A stretch of 64,000 nucleotides of DNA, from assembly GCA_000165345.1 (NCBI GenBank), contig CM000432.1, forward strand, positions 256,001 through 320,000. Reading direction: 5' to 3'. Under the pieces are notes generated by a model. That model ran no database searches. It saw nothing but the letters and a program-made list of their open reading frames with translations, and was not told where the DNA came from. Made by a program: the position numbers and the translations under genes. Each line of letters begins with the position of its first letter. The first letter of the stretch is position 1. Shown in pieces: positions 39,418 through 49,144 of the stretch.

Positions 39418-40081
39418 TTTGAGAATTCACTCAAAAAAATTGCCTTATTTAAATATCAAAATGACTATCTTATATAATAATAGAATAATCTATCAGCTTC
39501 TTAAATATTCCGTATTTTAACTTGCAAATCCAATAGCTTAATAACTAATTTTTGCCAGATTGCTTCTTTAAATTTGAAATTAATCTTGTTTTCAAAATAA
39601 TTCTTCACAAACTCTGCTCTTTTATAAAATTACCTTAATATATTTACATATGTATATATATAAGCATATATATATATATATATATATATGTACATTTATA
39701 CATATATACTTTTTTTTAGTTTTAATCTTTACTTCATATTAATTCAATTAGCTTGTATTATTTATATCTCTAAGACTTTATCCTTCTCTTGTTATAACAC
39801 AACTTAAGAATAAAGAAAAGTCTTAATTATTGCTTCCCAATACTGCTTTGTTTTATTTTGGAAAACTTCTTTAAATATATATTTATATTTTTTGAATATA
39901 AATCAATATTTAGTCATTTAATGACGAACTGCACTTTTATCCACGATTTACTTGTATGTTAACATTTTTTTAAACATTTCTGCATACCTCGTGCCATGTA
40001 AACATATCAATATTATTACTCTTTCCTACATTTACTGCTATTTTAGTATTATTTTCTTTTTTTTTCAGCAATCTATCCTCA

Positions 40082-40105
40082 CATGCGCATGCAAATGCAT
40101 GCAAT
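40082..40105. promoter_or_regulatory. Clustered CATGCGCATGCAAATGCATGCAAT (overlapping GCATGC / TGCATGCA palindromes)
   Basis: Lies about 670 bp upstream of the ApiAP2 ATG, in the only intergenic region serving it. TGCATGCA is the core bound by several apicomplexan AP2 domains (established knowledge). A GGCGGGAA-type site TATGGCGGGAACC (40136-40148) lies 30 bp away. Confidence 0.45.
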
Positions 40106-40291
40106 ACCTACAATGTGGGCAAAAATAATTCCACGTATGGCGGGAACCTGACAAAATTATAAATATTTAAAACAAGGTGCTTGTTTAATTGAAAATAGAC
40201 TAAAGGAAGAGAAAATAATACAGGAAAAAGCTGAAAATCCCCGTGATAATAGTTAAAATTTTAACAATTTGCGATTCTAAGCTAGAATTTA

Positions 40292-41632
40292 TTAAAGCTC
40301 AGTGGATTGATCCCCGTCTCTAATGGATGATTGTATATTAACTCCAATCTCAATCGAATAGTTAATAAAAGTAGTGATAAACATGATGATAAATATAGTT
40401 AGTAAAGTATATTTAATAATGTTTAGGCCAAAGCCAAACATTCCACCATTTTGATTGCTTTTAGCTATATTCATTTGTTTATTATTAGACTTCGCAGAAT
40501 TTTTTCTAGATTTAATTTCTAATACAGAAATGGAATAGTCAGCTCCAGCTGAAATAATATATTCATTAGAATTAAAAAATTGTAGGCCAGTAACTGGGAG
40601 CTCATGAAAAATCCCTTCTTTAAGTAAAGTTAGCTCAGTCAGATTATTTTTGAATATTTTAATTAAGCCAGTGTTAGTACCAACAGCCAAAAGTTTATAA
40701 TCGTCAGAAACAACTAGCACAGAAGATGGTTTATCACAAATCAAATTAGAGGCAATTTGGGCAAATAATATGCGATTATTTGGATTTTCATTTGAATTTT
40801 CTTTAGATATCTTCATATTCCAAACTGTCATAAAGGATGAGCCTCTGATTTCATGTAATAACATTGAAACAATATACTGTTGTCTATCATTATTTTTCTG
40901 TCTTCTAGGGCTATTTAACCTTCCATTCTCAATAAAACGGCATTGCCTCACTAAATAATTCCCATTCTTCATCGGTATCGTGAATTTTTTAAAAATATCT
41001 CCAGAATTATACTCATGTACGATAATTGTACCATTTCTATTTGTTGAAATGATAAATTTATTATCTGGAGATATATCCAAATCCAAAATTTCATTTTCAT
41101 GTCCATGAAGCTCCTTCATTTCTAATGGAATGATTTCTCGTGGATTTTCTGAATCAATATTTAATTTCCAAACACGGACAATATTGTCAGTTCCACCAGT
41201 AATTAGGAATTCTCCATTTTTTGAAAACCTACAAACATTTTGTTTACCTTTCTTATTTCCATCCCAGACTGTTTGAAACTGAAGATACATTCTAATTGAC
41301 TTCCCTTGCTTTTCTTCTTCTATATAAAATAATATACAACAATCTCTTATTCCACCTGCTACTAAATTTAATTTGTTATTAAAGCACATACTATCTAATA
41401 CTCCATTTTGTTTAGTTGTATTATAAATATATTTTAACATTAAAGAACTTTCAGCAGAAATTTTATCATTTGCATTTAATTTCTGACACTCTACCTCACA
41501 ATCTTTCAATTCATATAGTTCTATTTGGTCTTCTATTCCATAATCTTTTCCTCCACCTCCTCCACTTAAAATAATGGAATCTCTTGTACAGCATAGCCCA
41601 AAAATGGGATAATCCGCATAATATATTGGCAT
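40292..41632 (-). CDS. Sec12/PREB-like Sar1 guanine-nucleotide exchange factor (WD40, type II membrane anchor)
   Basis: The N-terminal ILSGGGGGKDYGI matches the PREB AAGGGGAAKTGI loop. SKNGEFLITGGTDNIVRVWKL matches human PREB [21 protein letters not shown]. There is a single C-terminal TM helix YTLLTIFIIMFITTFINYSI followed by a short lumenal tail. Confidence 0.75.
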   Translation of the reverse strand: MPIYYADYPIFGLCCTRDSIILSGGGGGKDYGIEDQIELYELKDCEVECQKLNANDKISAESSLMLKYIYNTTKQNGVLDSMCFNNKLNLVAGGIRDCCILFYIEEEKQGKSIRMYLQFQTVWDGNKKGKQNVCRFSKNGEFLITGGTDNIVRVWKLNIDSENPREIIPLEMKELHGHENEILDLDISPDNKFIISTNRNGTIIVHEYNSGDIFKKFTIPMKNGNYLVRQCRFIENGRLNSPRRQKNNDRQQYIVSMLLHEIRGSSFMTVWNMKISKENSNENPNNRILFAQIASNLICDKPSSVLVVSDDYKLLAVGTNTGLIKIFKNNLTELTLLKEGIFHELPVTGLQFFNSNEYIISAGADYSISVLEIKSRKNSAKSNNKQMNIAKSNQNGGMFGFGLNIIKYTLLTIFIIMFITTFINYSIEIGVNIQSSIRDGDQSTEL

Positions 41633-41829
41633 TATGTTGGATTAATTCGTATATTCTATTTAATTTCAAACCTTAATTACTAATACATAGGAATGTTAGC
41701 TTACGTTATTTATGATCAATTTTCCACTCCAAATCTTTCCTATTATTAAATATCAGATATAAGTAAAAAAGTAAATAAAAAGTCTTTATGCTTATATTTT
41801 TATTTATTCAGCCTTTTAAATAAATTTAT

Positions 41830-41862
<33 letters not shown>

Positions 41863-41957
41863 TTTATTTATTTATATTGCCAATGTTTAATTTAGTTTTC
41901 TTTTTTTCCACTAGTTTTCCTCACACCACTTTGGATTCTTTCGTTATTAGTATTGCT

Positions 41958-41977
41958 GTTTTGGCGGGCTCATGCAC
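41958..41977. promoter_or_regulatory. E2F-like site GTTTTGGCGGGCTCATGCAC
   Basis: Divergent promoter between Sec12 (start 41632, -) and MBL-fold gene 1 (start 42153, +). Confidence 0.45.
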
Positions 41978-42152
41978 ATCATCTTATTAATAAAATTAAA
42001 TTATTTTATAAACGAATGTATTTATAAATAAATTCATTTCTTAATTAAATGACTAATAATATTTTTATTATCAATAAAAAACGTAATTTGATCTGAATAT
42101 CTACTTATTCTCTCAGAATAGTACAACTCTATAATAATTTTTGAACAAGTAA

Positions 42153-43217
42153 ATGAAGTTACCATGTGGGATATTATTTGTTGGAACAGGTGTTTCGAGT
42201 TCGGTACCTTTATTACATCATGCATTAAATTCAGAAAATTATAAATGCTTATGTAGCTATGTTGGGAAAAAAGAGGGCCCATATGATATGACAAAGAATA
42301 CTAGAAATAACGTTTCAATTTTAGTTAGAATTCCAAATATAAAAGAAAAAGAGAATGGGGATGATGATTGTTATAATATATTAATTGATTTAGGGAAATC
42401 ATTCAGAGAAGCAGCAATTTCAGTGTTTCCAAATTATAGCATTTCAAAAATAGATTCAGTTATTTTGACACATTTTCATAACGATGCAGTTGCAGGATTT
42501 AGTTCTATATTACATTTTCAACAGAAAAAAGAAACTCTAGTTCCAATTTATTTAAATGCAGAAACTTTGGATCTAGTGAATAAAAGGCATAACAAAATTA
42601 TTAATAACTATGCATTTGAGGACAATTTGGTTAATTCAAAAGATTTGAAACGTAGATATGAATTAAACGTCTTTGATATTTACAATGGTAAAATCGAAAA
42701 ATGTTTGAATTCCAATAAACTATACAATATATTGGATAGCTTTAATAAAGAATCAAAATTCAAAAATAATAAAGAATTTAAGAAAATCGAATTTTCTATT
42801 AATAATATTAAAATAACAGCATTTCCAATGAATCATGGTAATTGTATATGTATGGGGTATTGCTTTCATTTTGAAGAACAAAATGTTATTTATATATCTG
42901 ACTATACATTTCCAATGTTAGATAGTTCTATTGAATTTTTAAATTCTATCAAAGATGAAAAGAGGTCTACACTCATTTTGGATTCCATTTCATATAATAA
43001 AATAAGTAATGCTCATGCAAACATCTCTCAATCTTTGAAATTTATACAAGAATTTTCACCAGATTATGTTTATTTTATTGGTATGTCATGTTCTGTTGAA
43101 CATGATGAGACAAATAAAATTTTAAATAATGAATTAATCAATCTAAAGAATGATGGGAAATGTATCAACACAATTTCTATTGAATTGGCATATGATGGTT
43201 TATTCTTACCTATATAA
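42153..43217 (+). CDS. Metallo-beta-lactamase-fold protein with degenerate metal-binding motif (paralog 1)
   Basis: N-terminal ILFVGTGVSSSVP resembles the l.fLGtG..g.P start of MBL-fold hydrolases (RNase Z/PhnP-like). ILIDLGKSF...IDSVILTHFHNDAVAG gives T-H-F-H-N-D-A where HxHxDH is expected, so the last His is replaced by Ala. Confidence 0.65.
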   Translation: MKLPCGILFVGTGVSSSVPLLHHALNSENYKCLCSYVGKKEGPYDMTKNTRNNVSILVRIPNIKEKENGDDDCYNILIDLGKSFREAAISVFPNYSISKIDSVILTHFHNDAVAGFSSILHFQQKKETLVPIYLNAETLDLVNKRHNKIINNYAFEDNLVNSKDLKRRYELNVFDIYNGKIEKCLNSNKLYNILDSFNKESKFKNNKEFKKIEFSINNIKITAFPMNHGNCICMGYCFHFEEQNVIYISDYTFPMLDSSIEFLNSIKDEKRSTLILDSISYNKISNAHANISQSLKFIQEFSPDYVYFIGMSCSVEHDETNKILNNELINLKNDGKCINTISIELAYDGLFLPI

Positions 43218-43311
43218 TAAATTAATATTTTATAATTACTTTGATAATTTTTTATAATTAAATATTGGAAAATTCTACAAATATAAAATTCAAAATTAAT
43301 ACTGATTTTAT

Positions 43312-43745
43312 TTACTTTGATGGAATAATTTGAAGAATTTCCTTTGTTTCTTCTTTTGAAACTTCTTTAAGTGCTTTGATAATCAATAAGAATTCAGTTG
43401 CCAGTTTTTGTATTTCAGAATCTTCTGCACTCTGTGGTGGTAGAAACTCAATCTTTGCTTTTCTAGTTTGAACTTCTTGAGCTGCTTGACTGTGGGCTGA
43501 GATATTTTCTATCACTTGATCAGTATTCTAAAATAAATAATTATTCATTAAATTCTAATTAAAAAAAAAAGAAGTTTTTTTTAATTAAACTTTACCTCAG
43601 AAATATCCTCATTTAATTTATCGTGTGCTTCTTTTACCAATGCCATTGGATCAAAAGCTGCAAGAAACATTGTGGTAATTGGTCTTGCATTTGTAACTCC
43701 AAAGAATGCAACTATAATTAAGAACAATATATTGAAAATCTTCAT
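43312..43745 (-). CDS. Small secreted protein, 2 exons (about 121 aa): complement(join(43312..43527,43596..43745))
   Basis: Exon 1 (not in the track) is MKIFNILFLIIVAFFGVTNA|RPITTMFLAAFDPMALVKEAHDKLNEDISE, a classic signal peptide with AxA-like cleavage after TNA. Donor is CTGAG|GTAAAG, a 68-nt intron ends ttttag, and exon 2 NTDQVIENISAHSQAAQEVQ...ILQIIPSK* follows in phase. The track lists only exon 2 with a GTG-type false start. Confidence 0.55.
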
Positions 43746-43887
43746 AATTTTTTTAATATAGAAAAAAAAATAATAAATTAATAATAAATGTTATTAAATA
43801 AATTGTAAATATTTATTTAATTAATTTTTTTTAGTCACACATTACTATTTTCTCCACTAAACTACTAACATTTTTTTTGCTTGAATT

Positions 43888-43903
43888 TCTATACCGGTAT
43901 CAC
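43888..43903. promoter_or_regulatory. TCTATACCGGTATCAC (ATACCGG motif) about 150 bp upstream of the secreted-protein ATG
   Basis: Member of the recurring TATACCGG(C/T) family (4014, 27316, 53418, reverse at 6841). GTGCATGCGCATATGCATG (43967-43985) lies 65 bp further upstream. Confidence 0.4.
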
Positions 43904-44412
43904 TTGTCCACATTAAAAATAATAATAACGATTACGTGTGCAATTAAATTCAATATTTAAATCAAGTGCATGCGCATATGCATGTTATTGGACAATTTTT
44001 TTCATGCACAAAAAAAAAAAAAAAATGCAATTTTTTAAAAAATTAGTTAAGAATTAAGTTATTTTTAGGAATGGAGAAATCAGTTGAAGATTTTATTATG
44101 AAAAATTTCTTGATAAAATTGAAAAAAAGAAATGAATAAAGAATATACAAATGTATTGGAATAATTAAATTTTAAGTCAAATGTAATTGAAAGAAAACCA
44201 ATTATTAGCTAATAATTGGAATTATTTGAGAGTCGAAAGATATCGTAAATTTTAACTTGGGAAATTCAATACTATTTTTATCAACGATCTCTTGAACAAA
44301 ATCATGTGAATACTTACAATCAATACTATAAAAGAATATATTCTCAGTATTTATTATATTTGCGCAAAAATTTATTGAATCTTTGATTGATTTTGAATTA
44401 ATCGAAATTGAT

Positions 44413-45342
44413 TCATTTGGGACAATTGGGAAAGATGAGTATATTAATAAGTTGAATCGTTTTTAAAAATGCTAAAGTTTCTTTTGGAATAATAGAATAT
44501 CTTGGAATAATGCAAATCAATTTTTTATCACTTGCATATTCAATACAATATCCAGAAGAAAGTTTATTATCTGAATCAATAAAAAATAATGATGTAATTT
44601 TTATTTCATTGGAATATTGAATAATCACTGGATTCAAAGTTAAGTTTTTATCAATTTCATCACTTATCTCAATATCATTATTCAAGCTAATATAATCATT
44701 AAATTTGGATATTGAATCAATTTTAGTAACATCTGGAGAATTTCTTGGATCAAGTATGTTAAGTTGAACACAACCAACTTTTGTTTTTGATTTTAAATCA
44801 TCTTTTAAAGAATAATTAATTATGTAACTATACCAGTCATTAAATTTGTTTAATGCAGAAGATGTAAAATATATTGGTACTCTAATTTTTGGCTCATAAA
44901 ATACTATTCCATCGTTTCCCACAGGTCTTTCATATTTTTGAACTTCTCTTGTTTCATCTATTCCATTAAAAGATGATTCATCCGAACCCATACAAAAAAT
45001 GGCATCCAATCTATTAATATTTGCAGGTATTGCATATTCTAGCATTGATATTCTAAATGTTGAGCCAATTTCAAAAAGAAATGTATCATGGCGTTCACTT
45101 TCAGAACTATTTAAATTACTAACTGGATTCTTAATTAAAATAGAAAATGGATTACGTACATTTTTATTCTTCATCTTAATTGACTCTTGACATATACCAC
45201 AAAATGGGTCGTTTCCTTTATTAACATTATCTATATTTTTAAATACATGCTCAAGATTTGGCGTACCTTGTTCGGTACCAGAACCTAAGAAAAGAATAAA
45301 GCTACTCATATCTCTTGTTGGCTTATGAGAATGTGCATGCAT
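44413..45342 (-). CDS. MBL-fold-like pseudoenzyme (paralog 2 of 42153..43217), metal-binding histidines lost
   Basis: MSSFILFLGSGTEQGTPN parallels paralog 1 KLPCGILFVGTGVSSSVP. FLFEIGSTFRISML...LDAIFCMGSDESSFNG aligns with ILIDLGKSFREAAI...IDSVILTHFHNDAVAG, so the HxHxDH position reads MGSDES. Two candidate ATGs (45342 or 45309). Confidence 0.6.
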   Translation of the reverse strand: MHAHSHKPTRDMSSFILFLGSGTEQGTPNLEHVFKNIDNVNKGNDPFCGICQESIKMKNKNVRNPFSILIKNPVSNLNSSESERHDTFLFEIGSTFRISMLEYAIPANINRLDAIFCMGSDESSFNGIDETREVQKYERPVGNDGIVFYEPKIRVPIYFTSSALNKFNDWYSYIINYSLKDDLKSKTKVGCVQLNILDPRNSPDVTKIDSISKFNDYISLNNDIEISDEIDKNLTLNPVIIQYSNEIKITSLFFIDSDNKLSSGYCIEYASDKKLICIIPRYSIIPKETLAFLKTIQLINILIFPNCPK

Positions 45343-45461
45343 GTGGGGAGGATATTCGTATTTAAATCTTCCCTTTTTTTTAAATCTCCAGAATCAAAAA
45401 CTTAGCATTCCATCTGTATTACGACTTAATTGGATTAACTTATAGGTTAAAATCAGTTGAA

Positions 45462-45476
45462 ATGCGCGCCAAATTT
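45462..45476. promoter_or_regulatory. E2F-like site ATGCGCGCCAAATTT
   Basis: Divergent promoter between MBL paralog 2 (-) and the 45687 (+) gene. Confidence 0.4.
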
Positions 45477-45686
45477 TTACTATTTCAGTGAAAATTATAT
45501 TGCAGCAAAAGTAATATTCTCTAATTGACATATTTCAGAATTTATAATTTAATATTATACAAAAGTTGATAATTTAAGAATTTTCCGAGTGAAGTGGAGT
45601 TTTTGTTACACTCATTTAATAACTTAATAGCAATACAAAAATTCTTGGATCTTAAACAAGTAATTAGTGAGCATAACACATTTAAA

Positions 45687-46403
45687 ATGTCTAGGAAGAA
45701 AGAAAAATTGAATGCTGCAAAAACTAATTCCAGTCAGAATTTGCAATTATTAATAGTTTGGACGATATTCTTGGGTATTATTGTATTATTTTTCCACTTA
45801 ATTTATAAATATTTGATTAAAAACATATTTAATTATATATTAAATTTTATTAGTAAAAAAGATTCCAGCTTTAATGAAAATGCTAATAATATTAGCACTA
45901 ATAATAATAATCGAGATATCAATACTAGCTCAAGTGCATTTGATAGGGGTGAAATTGATGCAAATCTACAAAGTGGAAATTTTACTTCTGATAATTCAAT
46001 ATTTAGAGTTTCAATCGGATTTTGCTACAGTAAAGAAGCTGAGAATCTTAAGAAGCTAAAGGTAAAAGAGTCTCTGATCAAGCTTTCTGGTTTTACTGAT
46101 CTTTTTCTATTTATTCAGGTTGATACTGAGCAAGATGAACTGGTTATATTGAATTATATGCAAGAATTTGGAATATTTGAAGCTGGATTAAAGAAACATA
46201 GACTTGTTTTTTGTGAAAAACCTGAATCTATTCCAAATATGGCAAGACAACTACAAGCTAATATGCATATTGATACAAATCAAGATAATGCACAGAAACT
46301 TTTAAATAAGGTTCCAAATATTTCTATTCTAACTTTCGACGATGACGGAGATTCATTATATGAATTGGTTGAAACAATTGAAAATGTTGTAAACTCAAAA
46401 TAA
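45687..46403 (+). CDS. Hypothetical signal-anchored membrane protein (about 238 aa from first ATG)
   Basis: The track start at 45594 is GTG. The first ATG at 45687 gives MSRKKEKL...LLIVWTIFLGIIVLFFHLIYKYL (TM), then an Asn-rich linker and a C-terminal alpha/beta-like domain. An in-frame 57-nt GTAAAA...TTCAG segment (46063-46119) could be an optional intron. Confidence 0.45.
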   Translation: MSRKKEKLNAAKTNSSQNLQLLIVWTIFLGIIVLFFHLIYKYLIKNIFNYILNFISKKDSSFNENANNISTNNNNRDINTSSSAFDRGEIDANLQSGNFTSDNSIFRVSIGFCYSKEAENLKKLKVKESLIKLSGFTDLFLFIQVDTEQDELVILNYMQEFGIFEAGLKKHRLVFCEKPESIPNMARQLQANMHIDTNQDNAQKLLNKVPNISILTFDDDGDSLYELVETIENVVNSK

Positions 46404-46504
46404 TAATGATAAAGTTCATCAAATAATACGATTAAAAAAATTACTATAATATATCTAATTTATAATATGTGAATAAATTTTAATTGGAATTATATTTATA
46501 TATA

Positions 46505-48304
46505 TTAAAGCAATCTTTTATTTCTTCTAAAAAAGTAATGAATATAAAGACCAGACCCAACCAGTAAAAAAATGGATGTTTTATTATTTAATATAAAGCT
46601 TTTGCATACATTATAATATGATAAGAAGATTCTTGAAAATACATTTGAGATTTTGAAGTTATCATTAAACTTTTTTTGAATGGTAAATAATGAATTGGCA
46701 CTTAAATTTACTGCCTTTGTTGAATTATTACTATTATTAACAGGCTTTGTCATTGCTTCAAGCTCAGAATCTTCAATTTCAGATGAATTCATAAATAACT
46801 CATCATCAATAAAATCTTCATCAGAATTATCTTCATCATCAGAAACTTTTAATTGTTGATTTACATCTTCAATATTATAATTTTTTGCTTGTTTTAATGC
46901 AAGCTGACCACACGCACCGAAAATTCCATCCCCCATTTTTCTTCTAACAGTTACAAATATATTCAAATCAATAAGTACCTTGGCAAATTTGGTAATAATT
47001 TCTTTAGATGGAGTGGAAAAACGAGTACTTGTATTGGTTTTATTGTATGGAATGAGATTAACAATAGCAAAATTGGTTCTATTAAAGTCTTTAGATAATT
47101 CTTTAAAGATGGTACTCGCAATATGGCTTTTAAAGTTTTTATTAATTATTTTGTTATCAGACATATAATTAATATTCATTTTAACACTATCATCTCTATT
47201 GTCTATTATTTCCTCAATAATATTTTTTGAAATTGGAGTATTTTTCAGCAAATTTGCAAGTTCAACTGCATGATCTTCAGAGTCATTCACATCCTTAAGC
47301 ATTGTATATTCAATAATTATCATTTTATGTCCATATAATAATTTATTCGAGATTAAAATATCATCATAATTCATATTGTCTTTAATGTGATCTTTATTTC
47401 TATCATCTAATAAATTTTTATAACATTTATTAATTATCGTCTTGAAAATAAAAATATCCAAAGATCTCATTAAATCAGAAATTTTATATAATCTTGCAAT
47501 TGGAATAATTCTCTCTCTAAGTGATTGATTTGGTGCATGTAAGCTTAAACAAAGTCCAACTCCAGGTAAATCATCTGCAAGATTAATAATATTTGAAGGT
47601 ATACCAACAGTACTAACCAGAATATGTCCAGAAGATAACGAGAATATTCTAGGGTCAACCATTAATCTAATTGAATCAATAACTTCATCATAATTTTCCA
47701 ACGGTTCTCCCATTCCCATAAAAACAACATTTCTCACAGGTTCTTTGAGTATATTTTTTATATAATATAATTGCTGTAAAATTTCTCCTGATAAAAGTGA
47801 ACCTCTAAGACCCATAGATCCTGTTGCACAAAACATACAACCCATTCTACATCCAATTTGCGATGATACACATATTGAGATTCTCTTATACTTGGATGAA
47901 GTACTTATTTCTTGTTGATTACTATCATTGTTTTTATTATTACTATTACTGTTACAAATGTTTGTATTTTCATTAACCTGATCATCACCGTATCTCATAA
48001 TTACAGCTTCAATTTCATGAGAATCTTGTAATCTGAAGATAATTTTGGTTGTATTACCATCTTTGGATGTTTGTGAATTAATTAATTGTATATTTAAGAT
48101 AGAAAATTGTTCATTTATAATTTTATAGGCAGCTTTTGGTATATCCTTAATTTCTGACATATTCTTAATGCCTTTTTGTACAATATTCCTCCAAATTGTA
48201 TATGCATGAATTCTTTTGACACCTGCATCGTCTAATGCTTTTGTAAGAGACTTATAATCAAAAATTGAATGTTTTTTTATATCTGTTCTTCTCTTATTCT
48301 CCAT
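46505..48304 (-). CDS. RlmN/Cfr-family radical SAM RNA methyltransferase homolog with long insertions and a hydrophobic C-terminal tail
   Basis: N-terminal RlmN domain (KRIHAYTIWRNIVQKGIKNMSEIKDIP...SKDGNTTKIIFRLQDSHEIEAVIM). Radical SAM cluster ISICVSSQIGCRMGCMFCATGSMGLRGSLLSGEILQQ (CxxxCxxC). VFMGMGEPLENYDEV, LSSGHILVSTVGIP and LCLSLHAPNQSLRERIIPIARLY are all collinear with bacterial RlmN/Cfr. Long Asn-rich insertions. C-terminal TSIFLLVGSGLYIHYFF hydrophobic segment. Confidence 0.8.
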   Translation of the reverse strand: MENKRRTDIKKHSIFDYKSLTKALDDAGVKRIHAYTIWRNIVQKGIKNMSEIKDIPKAAYKIINEQFSILNIQLINSQTSKDGNTTKIIFRLQDSHEIEAVIMRYGDDQVNENTNICNSNSNNKNNDSNQQEISTSSKYKRISICVSSQIGCRMGCMFCATGSMGLRGSLLSGEILQQLYYIKNILKEPVRNVVFMGMGEPLENYDEVIDSIRLMVDPRIFSLSSGHILVSTVGIPSNIINLADDLPGVGLCLSLHAPNQSLRERIIPIARLYKISDLMRSLDIFIFKTIINKCYKNLLDDRNKDHIKDNMNYDDILISNKLLYGHKMIIIEYTMLKDVNDSEDHAVELANLLKNTPISKNIIEEIIDNRDDSVKMNINYMSDNKIINKNFKSHIASTIFKELSKDFNRTNFAIVNLIPYNKTNTSTRFSTPSKEIITKFAKVLIDLNIFVTVRRKMGDGIFGACGQLALKQAKNYNIEDVNQQLKVSDDEDNSDEDFIDDELFMNSSEIEDSELEAMTKPVNNSNNSTKAVNLSANSLFTIQKKFNDNFKISNVFSRIFLSYYNVCKSFILNNKTSIFLLVGSGLYIHYFFRRNKRLL

Positions 48305-48581
48305 GATTATTAATTATTGATAATCACATGAATTAAGTTTGATTTAATTAATATTATTGGTTTGACAAGTCTTATTTTTTTCTTATAATTGGAAAAAAGT
48401 CTTAATAAATTCTCAGTTTAAAGAATGAAGAGGATAAATACTTGATACTTGTTACCTAATTTAAAATAATATTACTAACTTATTAGAGTTAGAAAAAGAA
48501 ATTGATTAGGTTGCAGCTAAAATTTGTACCTTTTTCTAATTAATAATCAATTCTAAATATAATCAAAAAATAAGAAATGCA

Positions 48582-48600
48582 CCTGGCGCTGGCGCCAGAG
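48582..48600. promoter_or_regulatory. E2F-like direct repeat CCTGGCGCTGGCGCCAGAG
   Basis: RlmN / RPT2 divergent promoter. Further sites are TATGCGCGCCAAATG (48810-48824) and GAGGGGGCGGGCAAATTTT (48855-48873). Confidence 0.45.
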
Positions 48601-49144
48601 CTATGAATACCAATATATTTACTATATTAAACTTGACTATAGATATTTTCAGCTTTGCTATTTACATGAAAGCACCTATTATTAATATTTAAGAACAAAG
48701 AAACTTTCAAAGTTCCAAAAAATTTATTTGATTATCTTTTTAATATTTTTTCATGCAATAATTATTAATAATAGTGATTGTTTAGGGCTTTTTAAAATTT
48801 AAGAGCAATTATGCGCGCCAAATGTTTGATCCATTAAATTATTGGGTATAAGAATGAGGGGGCGGGCAAATTTTAAGGGGGTATATTATATAAATAATTT
48901 ATTGGGGCAAAAGTAATAATAATAAATAAATGCGTTAAATTTTAACTGTATTGTTATAATAGCATTAATAAAGTACAAGAAGATTTCTAAGGTACAAATT
49001 TCAATAAGGTAATAATTTTGAGGAGAAGAGTAATAAAAGGAATCTTTTGGAGAGACTGGCAATTCAAATTAAGGCAGATTTGAATATAATACACACACAA
49101 TAAAATATATGCTCAAGTAAGGTAAAGGTAGGTTAGAGAAAAGT

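Noticed and set aside
42034-42294. 86-aa minus-strand ORF overlapping the start of MBL-fold gene 1
   Set aside because: It overlaps the 5' end of a domain-supported gene on the other strand and extends into its promoter. It has no conserved features.
46063-46119. Possible 57-nt in-frame intron (GTAAAAG...TTATTCAG) in gene 45687..46403
   Set aside because: Retention keeps the frame open and removal is also in frame. Sequence alone gives no way to decide, and no conserved domain spans it.
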